Part shown: one piece after another, positions 22,796 to 32,754 of the stretch
Numbering within the stretch: the first letter of the stretch is position 1
Layout of the letters: each line of letters starts with the position of its first letter
Source: a virus
Strand: one strand, 5' to 3'
Length of the DNA: 64,000 nucleotides
Virus record (IMG/VR): IMGVR_UViG_3300036398_002324
Notes under the pieces: generated by a model
The model's input: the letters and a program-made list of their open reading frames with translations, nothing else
Database searches by the model: none
Told to the model about the DNA's origin: nothing
Program-made: the position numbers and the translations under genes

Positions 22796-23049
22796 GTATT
22801 TTATCAAGTAAAAAAGAAAAGGAGATTGTTATGGAAAAAGGATTGGGAGCAGTTACCACTTTCAGTGTAACACTGGTACTACTTTCAATTGTCACTGCGA
22901 TTTGTATTTACGGACTAAACGAACGTAAACTAATGGCAGCAAATATTGAAAACGCTATTACAAAGGGTGTTGACCCACTATCGGTTCGATGCTCTTACGT
23001 TAAGAGTGACGATATTATCTGTATTGCATATGCATCAAATAAAAAGTAA
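22792..23049 (+). CDS. membrane-anchored hypothetical protein
   Basis: TM segment; GVDPLSVRC. Confidence 0.6.
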   Translation: MSILSSKKEKEIVMEKGLGAVTTFSVTLVLLSIVTAICIYGLNERKLMAANIENAITKGVDPLSVRCSYVKSDDIICIAYASNKK

Positions 23050-23064
23050 ACAGGAGACTATATA

Positions 23065-23364
23065 ATGCACTTTGAAAATGACAGCCATAATTTTACTTTG
23101 AAGTATGATTCGAGTGATGGTAAAACAAGTCTTGAAATGAACTTCAGTGAACTCTACGTTGATGATATTTTTAATCAATTCAAGAATTTTTTACAAGGAT
23201 GTGGATATGAAATTGATGGCTACATTGGTGTGATTCCTTGGAGTGTTAATTCATCTCAACACGAACAGCCACAATTTGATTTTTCTAACATACCAGATAA
23301 TAATTGGCTGTTTGATAAAAAAGAATCAGTGCCACAAAATCTATCACAGGCGTCTGAGAAATAA
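23065..23364 (+). CDS. hypothetical protein
   Basis: AGGAG SD; FKNFLQGCGY. Confidence 0.7.
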   Translation: MHFENDSHNFTLKYDSSDGKTSLEMNFSELYVDDIFNQFKNFLQGCGYEIDGYIGVIPWSVNSSQHEQPQFDFSNIPDNNWLFDKKESVPQNLSQASEK

Positions 23365-23588
23365 TGCCGACTAAAGATGAAATGCTGAAGTTTTCTATGC
23401 GAATAGAAGACCTTGTTGCGGTTACAGACTATACTTACATTGAAGCTATTACAGAGCATTGTAAGAAAACTGGTTTAGAAATAGAAGTCGCAGCCACTCT
23501 TATTACACCGAATTTGAAATCGAAAATTCAAGAACAAGCAGAGCGAACTAATTTGTTGAAAACAAAAAACAGTCGTTTACCTATATGA
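23364..23588 (+). CDS. gp33: late promoter transcription coactivator
   Basis: FSMRIE..YIEAI..LKSKIQEQAE..NLL..LPI; position before gp59. Confidence 0.85.
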   Translation: MPTKDEMLKFSMRIEDLVAVTDYTYIEAITEHCKKTGLEIEVAATLITPNLKSKIQEQAERTNLLKTKNSRLPI

Positions 23589-24199
23589 TTAATGGTTATG
23601 AAGCCTTTTGTTTATACACTTCTCTTAAACTCCACTTCAATTCAGATTCTTACGATTACCTTAAGTATAATGGGAAAGTAAATACGAGTATTGATGCGTT
23701 TGAGAATCGAAAAGATAAATGGCATTTCTACAAACTGAGCAGAAGATTCACTAATGTTGAACAGGGTCGTGACTTTATTGTTGCTAATCTTGTCTATGAC
23801 CCTAATGTTTGGATTGGACATTTATTGACAGATGAGTCTGATATTCAGTATCGCAAGCGCCAAAAGGTGATTCAGTCTTTGACGTACACGTTCACAAACG
23901 AGATTGCATCATTAATGAGACATAAAGACCCTAATGCATCATTAATGATACATGACGGTCAATATCCAGAACTGCTTACACAGTATCTCCAGAATGAAAT
24001 TTCAATTGAAACGATTTGTATACTGAACAAAATCATGGGTTTCTTGCGAATGTGGGACAAAAAAATTGTTGATACAATTCGTTATCCAGCAGTAAGTCGA
24101 ACGATAAAGAAATATACACCTTTCATATCTTTTGATGCAATAAAATATAAACTTATACTCAAAAAGGAATACGATGCAAATACGCAAAATATATCTTGA
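23585..24199 (+). CDS. gp59: helicase loader
   Basis: YTSLKLHF..YDYLKYNGK..FENRKDK, ISIET, KYTPF. Confidence 0.88.
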   Translation: MINGYEAFCLYTSLKLHFNSDSYDYLKYNGKVNTSIDAFENRKDKWHFYKLSRRFTNVEQGRDFIVANLVYDPNVWIGHLLTDESDIQYRKRQKVIQSLTYTFTNEIASLMRHKDPNASLMIHDGQYPELLTQYLQNEISIETICILNKIMGFLRMWDKKIVDTIRYPAVSRTIKKYTPFISFDAIKYKLILKKEYDANTQNIS

Positions 24200-24716
24200 T
24201 ATGGATGGAGTTCTATGTGACTTTCATAAACGTTACAAAGAACTGTTTAGTAAAGAACCAACATATCAAAGACCTAAAGGTGAAACAAGGACACGAGAGT
24301 TTGATGAATTTATAGAAGATAGCCACTTCGAAAGTCTTGATTGGCAGCCAGGTGGTAAAGAATTGTATGAATTCGTTACTTCATTAGAAGTTCCAGTAGA
24401 GATTCTTTCATCGTCAGGCGGTAAAACACGACACGACGAAGTAAAGAAACAGAAGAAAGTTTGGCTAAAACGCAACAGTGTTAATATACCAGCCAATATA
24501 GTTCCTGGTCGTGCATTTAAAGCCGACTATGCAAAACCCAATTTTATCTTAATTGACGATACACAAGATGTTATTGATGATTTCAATATGGCAGGTGGTA
24601 TTGGAATTCATCACACAGATGCGGCAAAAACGATAGCAATCATTAAATCGCTACTTGACGATAGCTATATAGATGTATATAATGAATCATGTGAACAAGA
24701 TGCACATACAAACTAA
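24174..24716 (+). CDS. HAD-family 5'(3')-deoxyribonucleotidase
   Basis: YLDMDGVLCDF, ILIDD, GGIGIHH. Confidence 0.85.
   Translation: MQIRKIYLDMDGVLCDFHKRYKELFSKEPTYQRPKGETRTREFDEFIEDSHFESLDWQPGGKELYEFVTSLEVPVEILSSSGGKTRHDEVKKQKKVWLKRNSVNIPANIVPGRAFKADYAKPNFILIDDTQDVIDDFNMAGGIGIHHTDAAKTIAIIKSLLDDSYIDVYNESCEQDAHTN
24655..24683 (+). promoter_or_regulatory. sigma70-type promoter for gp32
   Basis: TTGACG-17-TATAAT followed by an unstructured A/T-rich leader. Confidence 0.6.
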
Positions 24717-24739
24717 TACAATTTTATACGGAGTAAAAC

Positions 24740-25612
24740 ATGTCTGATTTTTCCAGTCTTAAACGCAATCGCAATTCGTTTGACAAACTTACCAAAGCGA
24801 TTGAATCAATCAACACAGTAACAACAGAAAATTCCAAGGAAGACAACAGATTCTGGCAACCAGAGGTAGACAAAGCTGGTAATGGAATGGCAGTCATTCG
24901 ATTCCTTCCGGGTCCTGCTGCTGATGGTGATGAAGCACTTCCTTGGGTACGTGTATTCAATCACGGTTTTCAAGGACCAGGTGGTTGGTATATCGAAAAC
25001 TCTTTGACTACACTCAATCAAAAAGACCCAGTTTCAGAATATAATTCTGTTCTTTGGAATTCTGGTATTGAAGCAAACAAAGAAATTGCACGTAAGCAAA
25101 AACGCCGTTTGACTTATATTTCAAACGTTCTGATTGTTTCTGACCCAAAGAATCCAGAAAACGAAGGTCAAATCAAACTGTACAAGTTTGGTAAAAAAAT
25201 CTTTGACAAGATTAGTGAAGCAATGAATCCTGAGTTTGAAGATGAAACGCCATTGAATCCATTTGACTTGTGGGAAGGTGCTAACTTCAAAATCAAGATT
25301 CGTCAAGTTGAAGGCTATCGTAATTATGATAAATCTGAGTTTGACAAGCCTTCTGCTTTGTTTGATGGTGATGATGCAAAACTTGAAGAGTTGTGGAAGA
25401 AAGAATACTCACTCAAAGAGTTTCTTGATCCTAAGAACTTCAAGCCTTATGATGTGTTGAAAGCAAAACTTGATAAAGTGTTGGGTCTTGATGGCGCTGC
25501 ACCAGTGTCTAAAGCTAAAGCTGTTGATGAGAACTTTACACCAAAGACATCACCAGATTTGGATGAAGATGAAGAACTTGATTATTTCAAGTCACTAGCT
25601 TCAGAAGAATAA
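24740..25612 (+). CDS. gp32: single-stranded DNA-binding protein
   Basis: GNGMAVIRFLP, HGFQGPGGWYIENSLTT, FGKKIFDKI, NYDKSEF, acidic tail. Confidence 0.95.
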   Translation: MSDFSSLKRNRNSFDKLTKAIESINTVTTENSKEDNRFWQPEVDKAGNGMAVIRFLPGPAADGDEALPWVRVFNHGFQGPGGWYIENSLTTLNQKDPVSEYNSVLWNSGIEANKEIARKQKRRLTYISNVLIVSDPKNPENEGQIKLYKFGKKIFDKISEAMNPEFEDETPLNPFDLWEGANFKIKIRQVEGYRNYDKSEFDKPSALFDGDDAKLEELWKKEYSLKEFLDPKNFKPYDVLKAKLDKVLGLDGAAPVSKAKAVDENFTPKTSPDLDEDEELDYFKSLASEE

Positions 25613-25637
25613 TCTCCTTTATCTTTTATTCTTCTGG

Positions 25638-25664
25638 AATCCCCGCTTCGGCGGGGATTTTTTT
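25638..25664. terminator. intrinsic terminator between convergent units
   Basis: AATCCCCGC-TTCG-GCGGGGATT-TTTTT. Confidence 0.88.
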
Positions 25665-28221
25665 ATATAGTTTGTCTTTCAATTAAAAACTTAATAGCCT
25701 TTGCTTCTCTTTCACGAAGGTCACCACCTGGTCTACTGAATGTATTGTTTTGATTTATCACTGTAGATAAATCTGTAAATGATGGGCGACCCTTTATAAA
25801 CAAATCTTCAAGAACTCTTAATCCTGATGCTAATTGATTTGATGCCGCATCTAAAATTTGACCACCAGTTTGTGAAGCTTGATTCATTGCGGGTCCTACT
25901 GTGCCAGCTGCACCCTTAACATCTTCAACTGCATTTGATGCCATATTTTTAATAACACTAGCTTCTCTTCCACCACGAATTGCTGTAGCAATTGTAAATC
26001 CTTCTTTAGGATGTTTTTGTGAAGATACTTCACCATGTCCATAACTTTCTGATTTTGGAAAACCATATTTTTTAGCAAGTTGTTCTTCTAGTGCTGATGC
26101 AGCGGCTAATTGTTCGGGTGTAACGTCGGTATCATCTTTAGCAACCATTGAAATACTAACAGTGTTAGAATTATTCAACTCTGGTTTTTTATTTGTGTGT
26201 CCGGCATGCCAACCAACTAAATTGTCTGGTAAAACATTTACGATTCTACCATCACGGTCAACCAAATAATGATATGATAGTTTTCTGCTCTGTAAAGTTT
26301 TTATTGCGACATCTAATCCTCTTCCGCCCGTATGATGTATGATTACACCTTTCGTTGACGTTCTAGGTCCACCAAAACCTAGACCATCAACTTTGCGACT
26401 CTCTACGTTAGTAGAAACGTTGGGCGCAGAAACAGCAGTAGGCGTTGTCATCGATGCTGCTGGCGCTGTTGGCGATGAAGATGCTGCAGGTGCGGATGCG
26501 GGTGCAGGCGATGGTGAAGACGACGGTGCAGAAGTTGATGTAGAAGATGCTTTTGGTCCGGAAGATGGTGTGGAAGATGCTGTAGAAGATGTTGTAGAAG
26601 ATGCTGTTGTGGCCGCAGGTGTAGGTGCAGGTCCTGTTGTTGGTGTAGCAACTGGCGCAGCGACTGGTGTTGGTGTTGTATCTGGATTATCTTTTAACCA
26701 GCTTTCAACTTCAGCTTTGATTTCTGGATAATAACCACCATCTTGTTTTTCACCATCTGTAGATACAAATAAGAGTTCATAAATTCCATAAAACATCATT
26801 AATGCGTCATAAGCAGCTAGAACTACCATTATTGCTGTAACAACTCCTCCTGTGGCTACTCCAGCTGCTGCCATCGCTACTCTTGACATTAATAGAGCTG
26901 CCTTTTCTCCTAATTTTGCTGCTATTCTTGTTCCTATTTTTTTCAATATTCTAGGATTTTTGCCAATAGCTTTAAATATTCTACCCGTAGACTCAATTCG
27001 TTTCTTAGCCCAACTTTTAAGGCTATCTAAAGTCTCTAAACCTAGACTTTTGGCTTTTTTGATGACTCTTTCACCAAAATCAGTAATCTTACCAAAAACT
27101 TTCTTTGCGCCTTCTTTTAAATCACTATATACTTCACCAATTTTTTTTGTAGTTTTTTCATATCCTTCTTTAATAGAATCTTTAAAACTTTTTTCTTTTG
27201 GCATTTCAGCTTTTGGTTTACCTTTACCTTTTCTATCTCCGTCAGGTAAGTCTAAACAATCACATGCTGAATTTTTAAGGTCTTGAAAACTCATACCCAT
27301 GAGTTGTTTGCCCTTTTCTCTCAAATAAAAAGCAAATACTGTCCACGCCGCAGCTAATGCTCCCATTTTTGCAACCCATAATAAACCATCATGAAGAAGT
27401 GTAGAACTTTTACCCGTTTCTGGATCTTTAAACTCTGTCGTAAATAGTGTAGAAATAAAACTCCACGCTGCAACAAATATTTCTTTTAATCCATCTGATA
27501 TTCTAGGATCAATTCCACCAGAAAAAATTGACCCTAATGTTTGAAGTGAGAGAACTAAAGCATTTTTTATTTCCATAAAAACATCAAATGTTGATTGTTT
27601 AATTGTTTCCCAATTATCCATAACCAACTTTGATATGATTTCATAAGATGCTTTTATTCCTGCAACAACGGCTTTGAATACTGCAACAACAACATTTTTA
27701 AGAGTTTCCAATACCTCACTGTCACGCAGTAAACTAATTACAAGCGTTGCAGACGCTACAATTAAAGTTCCTAGAAATTTGAAAAAACCGACTGCTAAAT
27801 TGTAGAGAGACTGTTGAACATTGGAATCTGAAAACACATCACGAACAAATGAAATTGTTTTTTTAATCAAATCAACTATTGAAGATAGGGAATCTTTAAC
27901 AAATTTAAAGATGTATTCACCAATACCCGATTTTTTTATTATTGAAAATAAGCCTGATATACCAACAAAAACAAAAAGCGTTTTCATTATTCCAGAGAGT
28001 CCACTTATGATACTCATTAAAGATAATTGTGAACTATCTTTTGGTGATATTTTTCTTACTTGAGTTGGTTTCTGAAATCTAGATTTATAAGATTGTTGTT
28101 TTGCACGTGTATCATCAAACTTCTTTTGAAGTTTTTCTTGCTCTTTTACTTTTACAATCTTTAAAATATTTGATTGTACTTGTTTAAAACTCAAAGCAAC
28201 TGAAGCTAAAGCTGGAATCAT
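25663..28221 (-). CDS. tape-measure/baseplate hub-like protein with N-acetylmuramoyl-L-alanine amidase domain
   Basis: long helical N-terminus, P/A/S/T linker, IIHHTG..SYHYLVDRDG..WHAG..GHGE (Amidase_2). Confidence 0.75.
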   Translation of the reverse strand: MIPALASVALSFKQVQSNILKIVKVKEQEKLQKKFDDTRAKQQSYKSRFQKPTQVRKISPKDSSQLSLMSIISGLSGIMKTLFVFVGISGLFSIIKKSGIGEYIFKFVKDSLSSIVDLIKKTISFVRDVFSDSNVQQSLYNLAVGFFKFLGTLIVASATLVISLLRDSEVLETLKNVVVAVFKAVVAGIKASYEIISKLVMDNWETIKQSTFDVFMEIKNALVLSLQTLGSIFSGGIDPRISDGLKEIFVAAWSFISTLFTTEFKDPETGKSSTLLHDGLLWVAKMGALAAAWTVFAFYLREKGKQLMGMSFQDLKNSACDCLDLPDGDRKGKGKPKAEMPKEKSFKDSIKEGYEKTTKKIGEVYSDLKEGAKKVFGKITDFGERVIKKAKSLGLETLDSLKSWAKKRIESTGRIFKAIGKNPRILKKIGTRIAAKLGEKAALLMSRVAMAAAGVATGGVVTAIMVVLAAYDALMMFYGIYELLFVSTDGEKQDGGYYPEIKAEVESWLKDNPDTTPTPVAAPVATPTTGPAPTPAATTASSTTSSTASSTPSSGPKASSTSTSAPSSSPSPAPASAPAASSSPTAPAASMTTPTAVSAPNVSTNVESRKVDGLGFGGPRTSTKGVIIHHTGGRGLDVAIKTLQSRKLSYHYLVDRDGRIVNVLPDNLVGWHAGHTNKKPELNNSNTVSISMVAKDDTDVTPEQLAAASALEEQLAKKYGFPKSESYGHGEVSSQKHPKEGFTIATAIRGGREASVIKNMASNAVEDVKGAAGTVGPAMNQASQTGGQILDAASNQLASGLRVLEDLFIKGRPSFTDLSTVINQNNTFSRPGGDLREREAKAIKFLIERQTI

Positions 28222-28222
28222 T

Positions 28223-30487
28223 TTATGATTTTCTCATTCTGGATAAAAGATTTTCATCATGTACAGATGGTGTTTTTTCGTCCATAGCAACGTTGTCTGT
28301 TGTACTTACATTTTTAGATGCATCAGCAAAAATTGGAGTTGAAAATGCTTCCAAGAAACTTTTATCTCTTAGAAGTGCTTGAAGTTCAGTAGATGCTAAC
28401 CCAAGTTTTCCTCCAGTAGCTTTATCTAAATCTGTTAATCCAGTTGATAAAGCACCTACCAATGTGCTTATCGCACTTCCTCCATCAGTTTTATTCTCTG
28501 TGTCCGATGAGGGTGACGATTTTGGCTCTTGAGGCTGCATTGAAGGCGAAGCCATATCAGGAGCTGTTGCTGCTGCGGCTTGTGTTGGTATAGATTTGCT
28601 TGGTCTCTGTTCGTTTGGCGTGGAAGAAGCTACTGTTGTGGGTGAGCCACCAGTCAATAGGGGATCATAACCCCTAAAAATATCTGCACGTAAATCTGCA
28701 TGTTTAGCATGATGTTTACTTTCTACCATCACACCATTTTTTTGATATGTTCTTGCTTTCTGCTGAATTATCTGTGCTGCTTTATTCATATCGCCCGATT
28801 TGATTGCATCAGCAAGGTCTTTTGTAATTAAGCCTGGACCCCCAGCAAAACTTAAATCCATTAATGCATATTGTTGCATAGGATTCAGACCACTCCAAAC
28901 ATCTTGACCAGCAAGTTTGTTTATCTGTCTTTTTGCTCCATTTGCGTGATTCATTACATCCTGAATGTACAAGTCTTTGACTTGTTGTTCAGTTAAAGGT
29001 GTGTTTCTGTCTGCTTTAACGAATCTACCACCAATAAACACACCACCTTTGTCTTGTTCTTCTTTACTTAACTTGTGTCCTATGCCAATTGTATCTGTTC
29101 CACCTTCTGGACTAGCGTAAGCCAATGTTCTGAAACCTTCACGTTTCTTTTTACGCTCAAATTCCATGCCAATATATTCTTCAAGTGATTTGGGCATACC
29201 CGCAGGATTTTGATTCACTGGTCGTGACGGTGTTGGTGATGGACTCGGTGATGGACTCGGTGATGGTGCCGGTGAGGGCGATGGTCCGGGTGATGGACTT
29301 GGTGATGGACTTGGTGAAGGTCCTGGACCAGTTGGTCTGTCTGTTCTGTCTGGCGTCATTGCGTCATATGCAGTATAAGCAACACCCGCAACTACGCCTA
29401 GACCCATAAGCTTATCTACTCTGGAGTATCCTGATTTTTTACCGGGTACATTACCACCTTTTCCGCCACCACCGCCACCGCCACCGCCACCTAAACCAGC
29501 GGCTTTCATGCCCGCTCCCTGCAATGAACCAATAAAAAATTGCATAGCACCTTGAAGCACAGCAGTTGCTACTGCTAATCCAATGAGTGCTTGCTTTAGA
29601 GTGACTTTTCCACCTTCCCATTCAAATATGGGCATGTTCATCACTTCACCGATGAAATTCAGAATAGCGTTTACAATGTATTGGAACTGTTTTTTAACTT
29701 CTTCGTTGCTCACAATATTTTGACCAATTTTTAAAGCGCCAACGATTACGTCTTTAATGACCAAGAATACGCTTATAGCACCTTCTTTTAGTGCATCGGA
29801 GTTTTCTGATAGAAGATTTTTGGTTACACTGTATGCAGCTTTAATAGCATTTGCAATTCCACTGATAATTGCTACAATAACACCACTAATTGTTTGTTGA
29901 TTTTCAGGATCACTTACAAACTTACTGAAGAAGTTTGCGCCAGAAACAATAGCATCACCAATAAATTTAAAAACAGATTTTGCTACATTAAAAATTGAAT
30001 TTATAACTTCTTGGTCATTTAATATATTTCGAATGAAAGACATCCCTTTTTGAAGAACATCTGATATATTGATGATTAATTTTTTAGTCAAATCTGTTAT
30101 GGTACCCATAACATCAGACATATTCAGAAGCTTTGAGATTCCTATTGATGCTAATCCAACCAAAGCAAACTTGAAGATACCAGAAAGAACATCTTTTATC
30201 ATTTCCAAAAAAGATTTTTTATCTTCTTTGACTATATTTTTTTCAACTTTTGTTGGACCCTTTTTATATTTTGCAGCATAATCATCGGCTCTCTGTCTTT
30301 GACGAGCGACCGCACTGGCTTTCTTCTCATCTTCAAAAAGTTTGGTAAGTTTTAAGACACTTATTTTTAATAAAGAAACGTCTTTTGCAAGTGTCTCAAG
30401 TGTCTTTTCAGTTTTTACTTTAAAAGATGGATTATTGGGATCTGTAATAAATTTTCCGGTTTTTGGATCTCTTAATTGATTTGCCAT
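28223..30487 (-). CDS. tape-measure/baseplate hub-like protein with phage lysozyme domain
   Basis: helical N-terminus, poly-G and (PS)n linkers, EGFRTLAY..TIGIGH..ALMDLSF (GH24-like). Confidence 0.75.
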   Translation of the reverse strand: MANQLRDPKTGKFITDPNNPSFKVKTEKTLETLAKDVSLLKISVLKLTKLFEDEKKASAVARQRQRADDYAAKYKKGPTKVEKNIVKEDKKSFLEMIKDVLSGIFKFALVGLASIGISKLLNMSDVMGTITDLTKKLIINISDVLQKGMSFIRNILNDQEVINSIFNVAKSVFKFIGDAIVSGANFFSKFVSDPENQQTISGVIVAIISGIANAIKAAYSVTKNLLSENSDALKEGAISVFLVIKDVIVGALKIGQNIVSNEEVKKQFQYIVNAILNFIGEVMNMPIFEWEGGKVTLKQALIGLAVATAVLQGAMQFFIGSLQGAGMKAAGLGGGGGGGGGGKGGNVPGKKSGYSRVDKLMGLGVVAGVAYTAYDAMTPDRTDRPTGPGPSPSPSPSPSPGPSPSPAPSPSPSPSPSPTPSRPVNQNPAGMPKSLEEYIGMEFERKKKREGFRTLAYASPEGGTDTIGIGHKLSKEEQDKGGVFIGGRFVKADRNTPLTEQQVKDLYIQDVMNHANGAKRQINKLAGQDVWSGLNPMQQYALMDLSFAGGPGLITKDLADAIKSGDMNKAAQIIQQKARTYQKNGVMVESKHHAKHADLRADIFRGYDPLLTGGSPTTVASSTPNEQRPSKSIPTQAAAATAPDMASPSMQPQEPKSSPSSDTENKTDGGSAISTLVGALSTGLTDLDKATGGKLGLASTELQALLRDKSFLEAFSTPIFADASKNVSTTDNVAMDEKTPSVHDENLLSRMRKS
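29230..29330 (-). repeat. (Pro-Ser)n coding tandem repeat
   Basis: GGTGATGGACT(C/T) 12-nt units on the plus strand. Confidence 0.8.
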
Positions 30488-30490
30488 TTT

Positions 30491-30694
30491 TTATTTACCA
30501 GATTGTCTTCTTTCTTCTTTTACTCTTTCTGCTTCTTCGTTCAAATGTTTGATTAACAAATCTATGTAAACTTGTCTTTCCCAAGGTATCAAATTATCCA
30601 ATTCAGTCAAACTATATTTGTGATGCTGCATCAAAGCAAAGTTAGTTTGAAAGTAATTACCTAATGTCTCATGACTAAATGTTATACGAAAAAA
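30491..30694 (-). CDS. gp51-like hub/tail assembly chaperone extension, probably reached by -1 frameshift from gp26
   Basis: YFQTNFALMQHHKYSLTELDNLIPWER motif; no SD-ATG; in the -1 frame at slippery TTTTTTC. Confidence 0.65.
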   Translation of the reverse strand, partial: FFRITFSHETLGNYFQTNFALMQHHKYSLTELDNLIPWERQVYIDLLIKHLNEEAERVKEERRQSGK

Positions 30695-31413
30695 CTTTGG
30701 ACGCCTTCCAAAGTGATGTCTTCGTCGTAACCGCATTTATCGCAATGAAAGTGAACATCTTTTTTCAGTTTAGGCAATGATGTAAAAAATGCAGAGAGTT
30801 TTTCTAAATCACCCTGTTTCATATTTTCAACAAATTCAACAAGTTCTTCTTTTCGTGTATCTTTAGCGTAGTAAACTTGTTCATCATCATAAATGTAATC
30901 AATACATGAAACAATTACGTTTAAAATCTGTTGCATATCTTGACCGTCTAAGTCATTACTATCAATTGAGCCAAATGTAGGATACTTTAAAACAACACCA
31001 ATTTTGTCTGTAATCTGTATCTTGTTAGAGTGATTTTCATTTCTTGTTGGAGTAATCTCTAAAACATTAACATCAATTTTTACCAAATTGCCACATTTCT
31101 TCTCTTCACCTTTTTCCATTACATCATTATTACAATTGAATCTTAGATTTACGACCTCTCCGATTGATCTTGCACGAAGTTGTAAAAACAAATATTCAAT
31201 GTCAAAAGTGGCCATGTTATCAATATCGATATCGTCAAGCACACAGTTTCTTAAAACTTGTTTGATGGCATTGATCGTATCTTTAGGCTCACTTGTCTCT
31301 GCTGCCATCAAAAATATTTTCTGTTCTTTTACCAGAAAAGGTCTAAATCTAATTGTTTGTTTATTAGAAATTAGTGTTGTTTCGTAAATAGGTACGTCTA
31401 GTTTAGGTAACAT
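30682..31413 (-). CDS. gp26: baseplate hub subunit/assembly chaperone
   Basis: LPKLDVPIY..FRPFLVKEQK, FDIEYLFLQLRARSIGE, LKYP, LEGVQSFF. Confidence 0.88.
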   Translation of the reverse strand: MLPKLDVPIYETTLISNKQTIRFRPFLVKEQKIFLMAAETSEPKDTINAIKQVLRNCVLDDIDIDNMATFDIEYLFLQLRARSIGEVVNLRFNCNNDVMEKGEEKKCGNLVKIDVNVLEITPTRNENHSNKIQITDKIGVVLKYPTFGSIDSNDLDGQDMQQILNVIVSCIDYIYDDEQVYYAKDTRKEELVEFVENMKQGDLEKLSAFFTSLPKLKKDVHFHCDKCGYDEDITLEGVQSFFV

Positions 31414-31429
31414 AATATCCTCACTTTAA

Positions 31430-32161
31430 TTAAAAAATTGCTCTTGTAATAGCTCCAGCACCGCCTTGAACCGCTGATGTAATAATATTTCCAATATCAT
31501 ATTTACTATCAAGAATTGGCTCATATCTACGATATGCAAACTGAACGCTTAAACGATGAAAGCCATCATCACCCCATGATAGTTGTTGTGCAGCAATGTT
31601 TATCGGAAAAGCATCTAAAAATTTTACAGCAAAAATCTGTTTGACATCATCGTTATATTGTTTGACTGTAATTTCAGTCATGTACTTTGTGTTTTGACCT
31701 TTAGGAAAACGCATGTTAAATGTATCTGTTGGCATAATAGCTTCTGTCCAACGCTCAAATAGCTTTCTCTCATAGAAGTCGTTTGTGCAAACAAACGTTA
31801 AAGTTGTTTCACCATATTGAACTTGATATGGAATTTTGTAAGTTGGTCCATAAATTTTTACATCTTCAGTTACAAAACTTTTGCCAGGCAATTCTGCTGA
31901 CTCACACTGAAGAGCAAGATATCTTGTCATACCAGGATTAGCGCCAAAGTTTTCACCCTGTCTTCCTAGAGCAGAGTTGATGGCGCTGCTTACATCCGAC
32001 ATAATTGAATTAGGAAAATTCAGAATTCTTTCAATCAAAGAATTGCTAATGTATTCTCCGATATATGGAGGTATTGGTAAAATGACTTCAAATCTGTTTG
32101 TCCTTGCAAGACCTTCTTTTGCATTGACGTTAGATAAAAATGCGTTAGGTGAAAATGACAT
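31430..32161 (-). CDS. tail tube initiator / tube-fold protein (gp54-like)
   Basis: ARTNRFEV, CESAELPG, FERW, DAFPINI..LSW..VQFAY. Confidence 0.7.
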   Translation of the reverse strand: MSFSPNAFLSNVNAKEGLARTNRFEVILPIPPYIGEYISNSLIERILNFPNSIMSDVSSAINSALGRQGENFGANPGMTRYLALQCESAELPGKSFVTEDVKIYGPTYKIPYQVQYGETTLTFVCTNDFYERKLFERWTEAIMPTDTFNMRFPKGQNTKYMTEITVKQYNDDVKQIFAVKFLDAFPINIAAQQLSWGDDGFHRLSVQFAYRRYEPILDSKYDIGNIITSAVQGGAGAITRAIF

Positions 32162-32742
32162 TAAAATTGTTCCTTTGATTCCATCCAGACTTTATTTTTT
32201 CGTTCTTTAGCAAACTGTTCGACTGGCAATAACGCTGCAATATCCCATTCATCTGCTGTAATTTCCAAAAACCTAGACTTCACATGCATAAACAAATATT
32301 TTTTCATACATGGCTTTGCTTCAAAAATTCTTGATGCAGCCCTTAGATATTCGTAGCTTATCTTTAACTTAGTTGTCTCATCATACTCATGATTGTTCAT
32401 AATTGTACTGAGTTTATCCAGCAAAGTTATTCTATATTTTGGACTAATGTAATGTAAGTTAATTCCAAGAAATCCGTCAGGATATCTTTTAATTGGTATG
32501 ACAAGAGGAAATTTGTCATAATAGGGTAATTCGTCTTTTAGTTTAGGATCGTAGAAGTAGAAGTACATTCTTCCAATCAGAGACTTCTCACGAACTCTCA
32601 TTCTATCCCGCATGAGGTCTTTACGAGAAACACGCAAATTTATCATCTTTGCCTTCAACCATTGACGGGCAATTCTTGTGCGTGGTTCCAGACCCTCTTT
32701 TGCTAGAGATTCTTTAATTCTGTCTATTAGTCTTTTGGCCAT
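32161..32742 (-). CDS. gp2: DNA end protector
   Basis: YFYDPKLKDELPYYDKFPLV, GINLHY, LLPVEQF. Confidence 0.9.
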   Translation of the reverse strand: MAKRLIDRIKESLAKEGLEPRTRIARQWLKAKMINLRVSRKDLMRDRMRVREKSLIGRMYFYFYDPKLKDELPYYDKFPLVIPIKRYPDGFLGINLHYISPKYRITLLDKLSTIMNNHEYDETTKLKISYEYLRAASRIFEAKPCMKKYLFMHVKSRFLEITADEWDIAALLPVEQFAKERKNKVWMESKEQF

Positions 32743-32754
32743 CAACTATTTAGT

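Noticed and set aside
26339-27286. Plus-strand ORFs opposite the amidase-bearing gene
   Set aside because: They are antisense shadows of low-complexity coding sequence.
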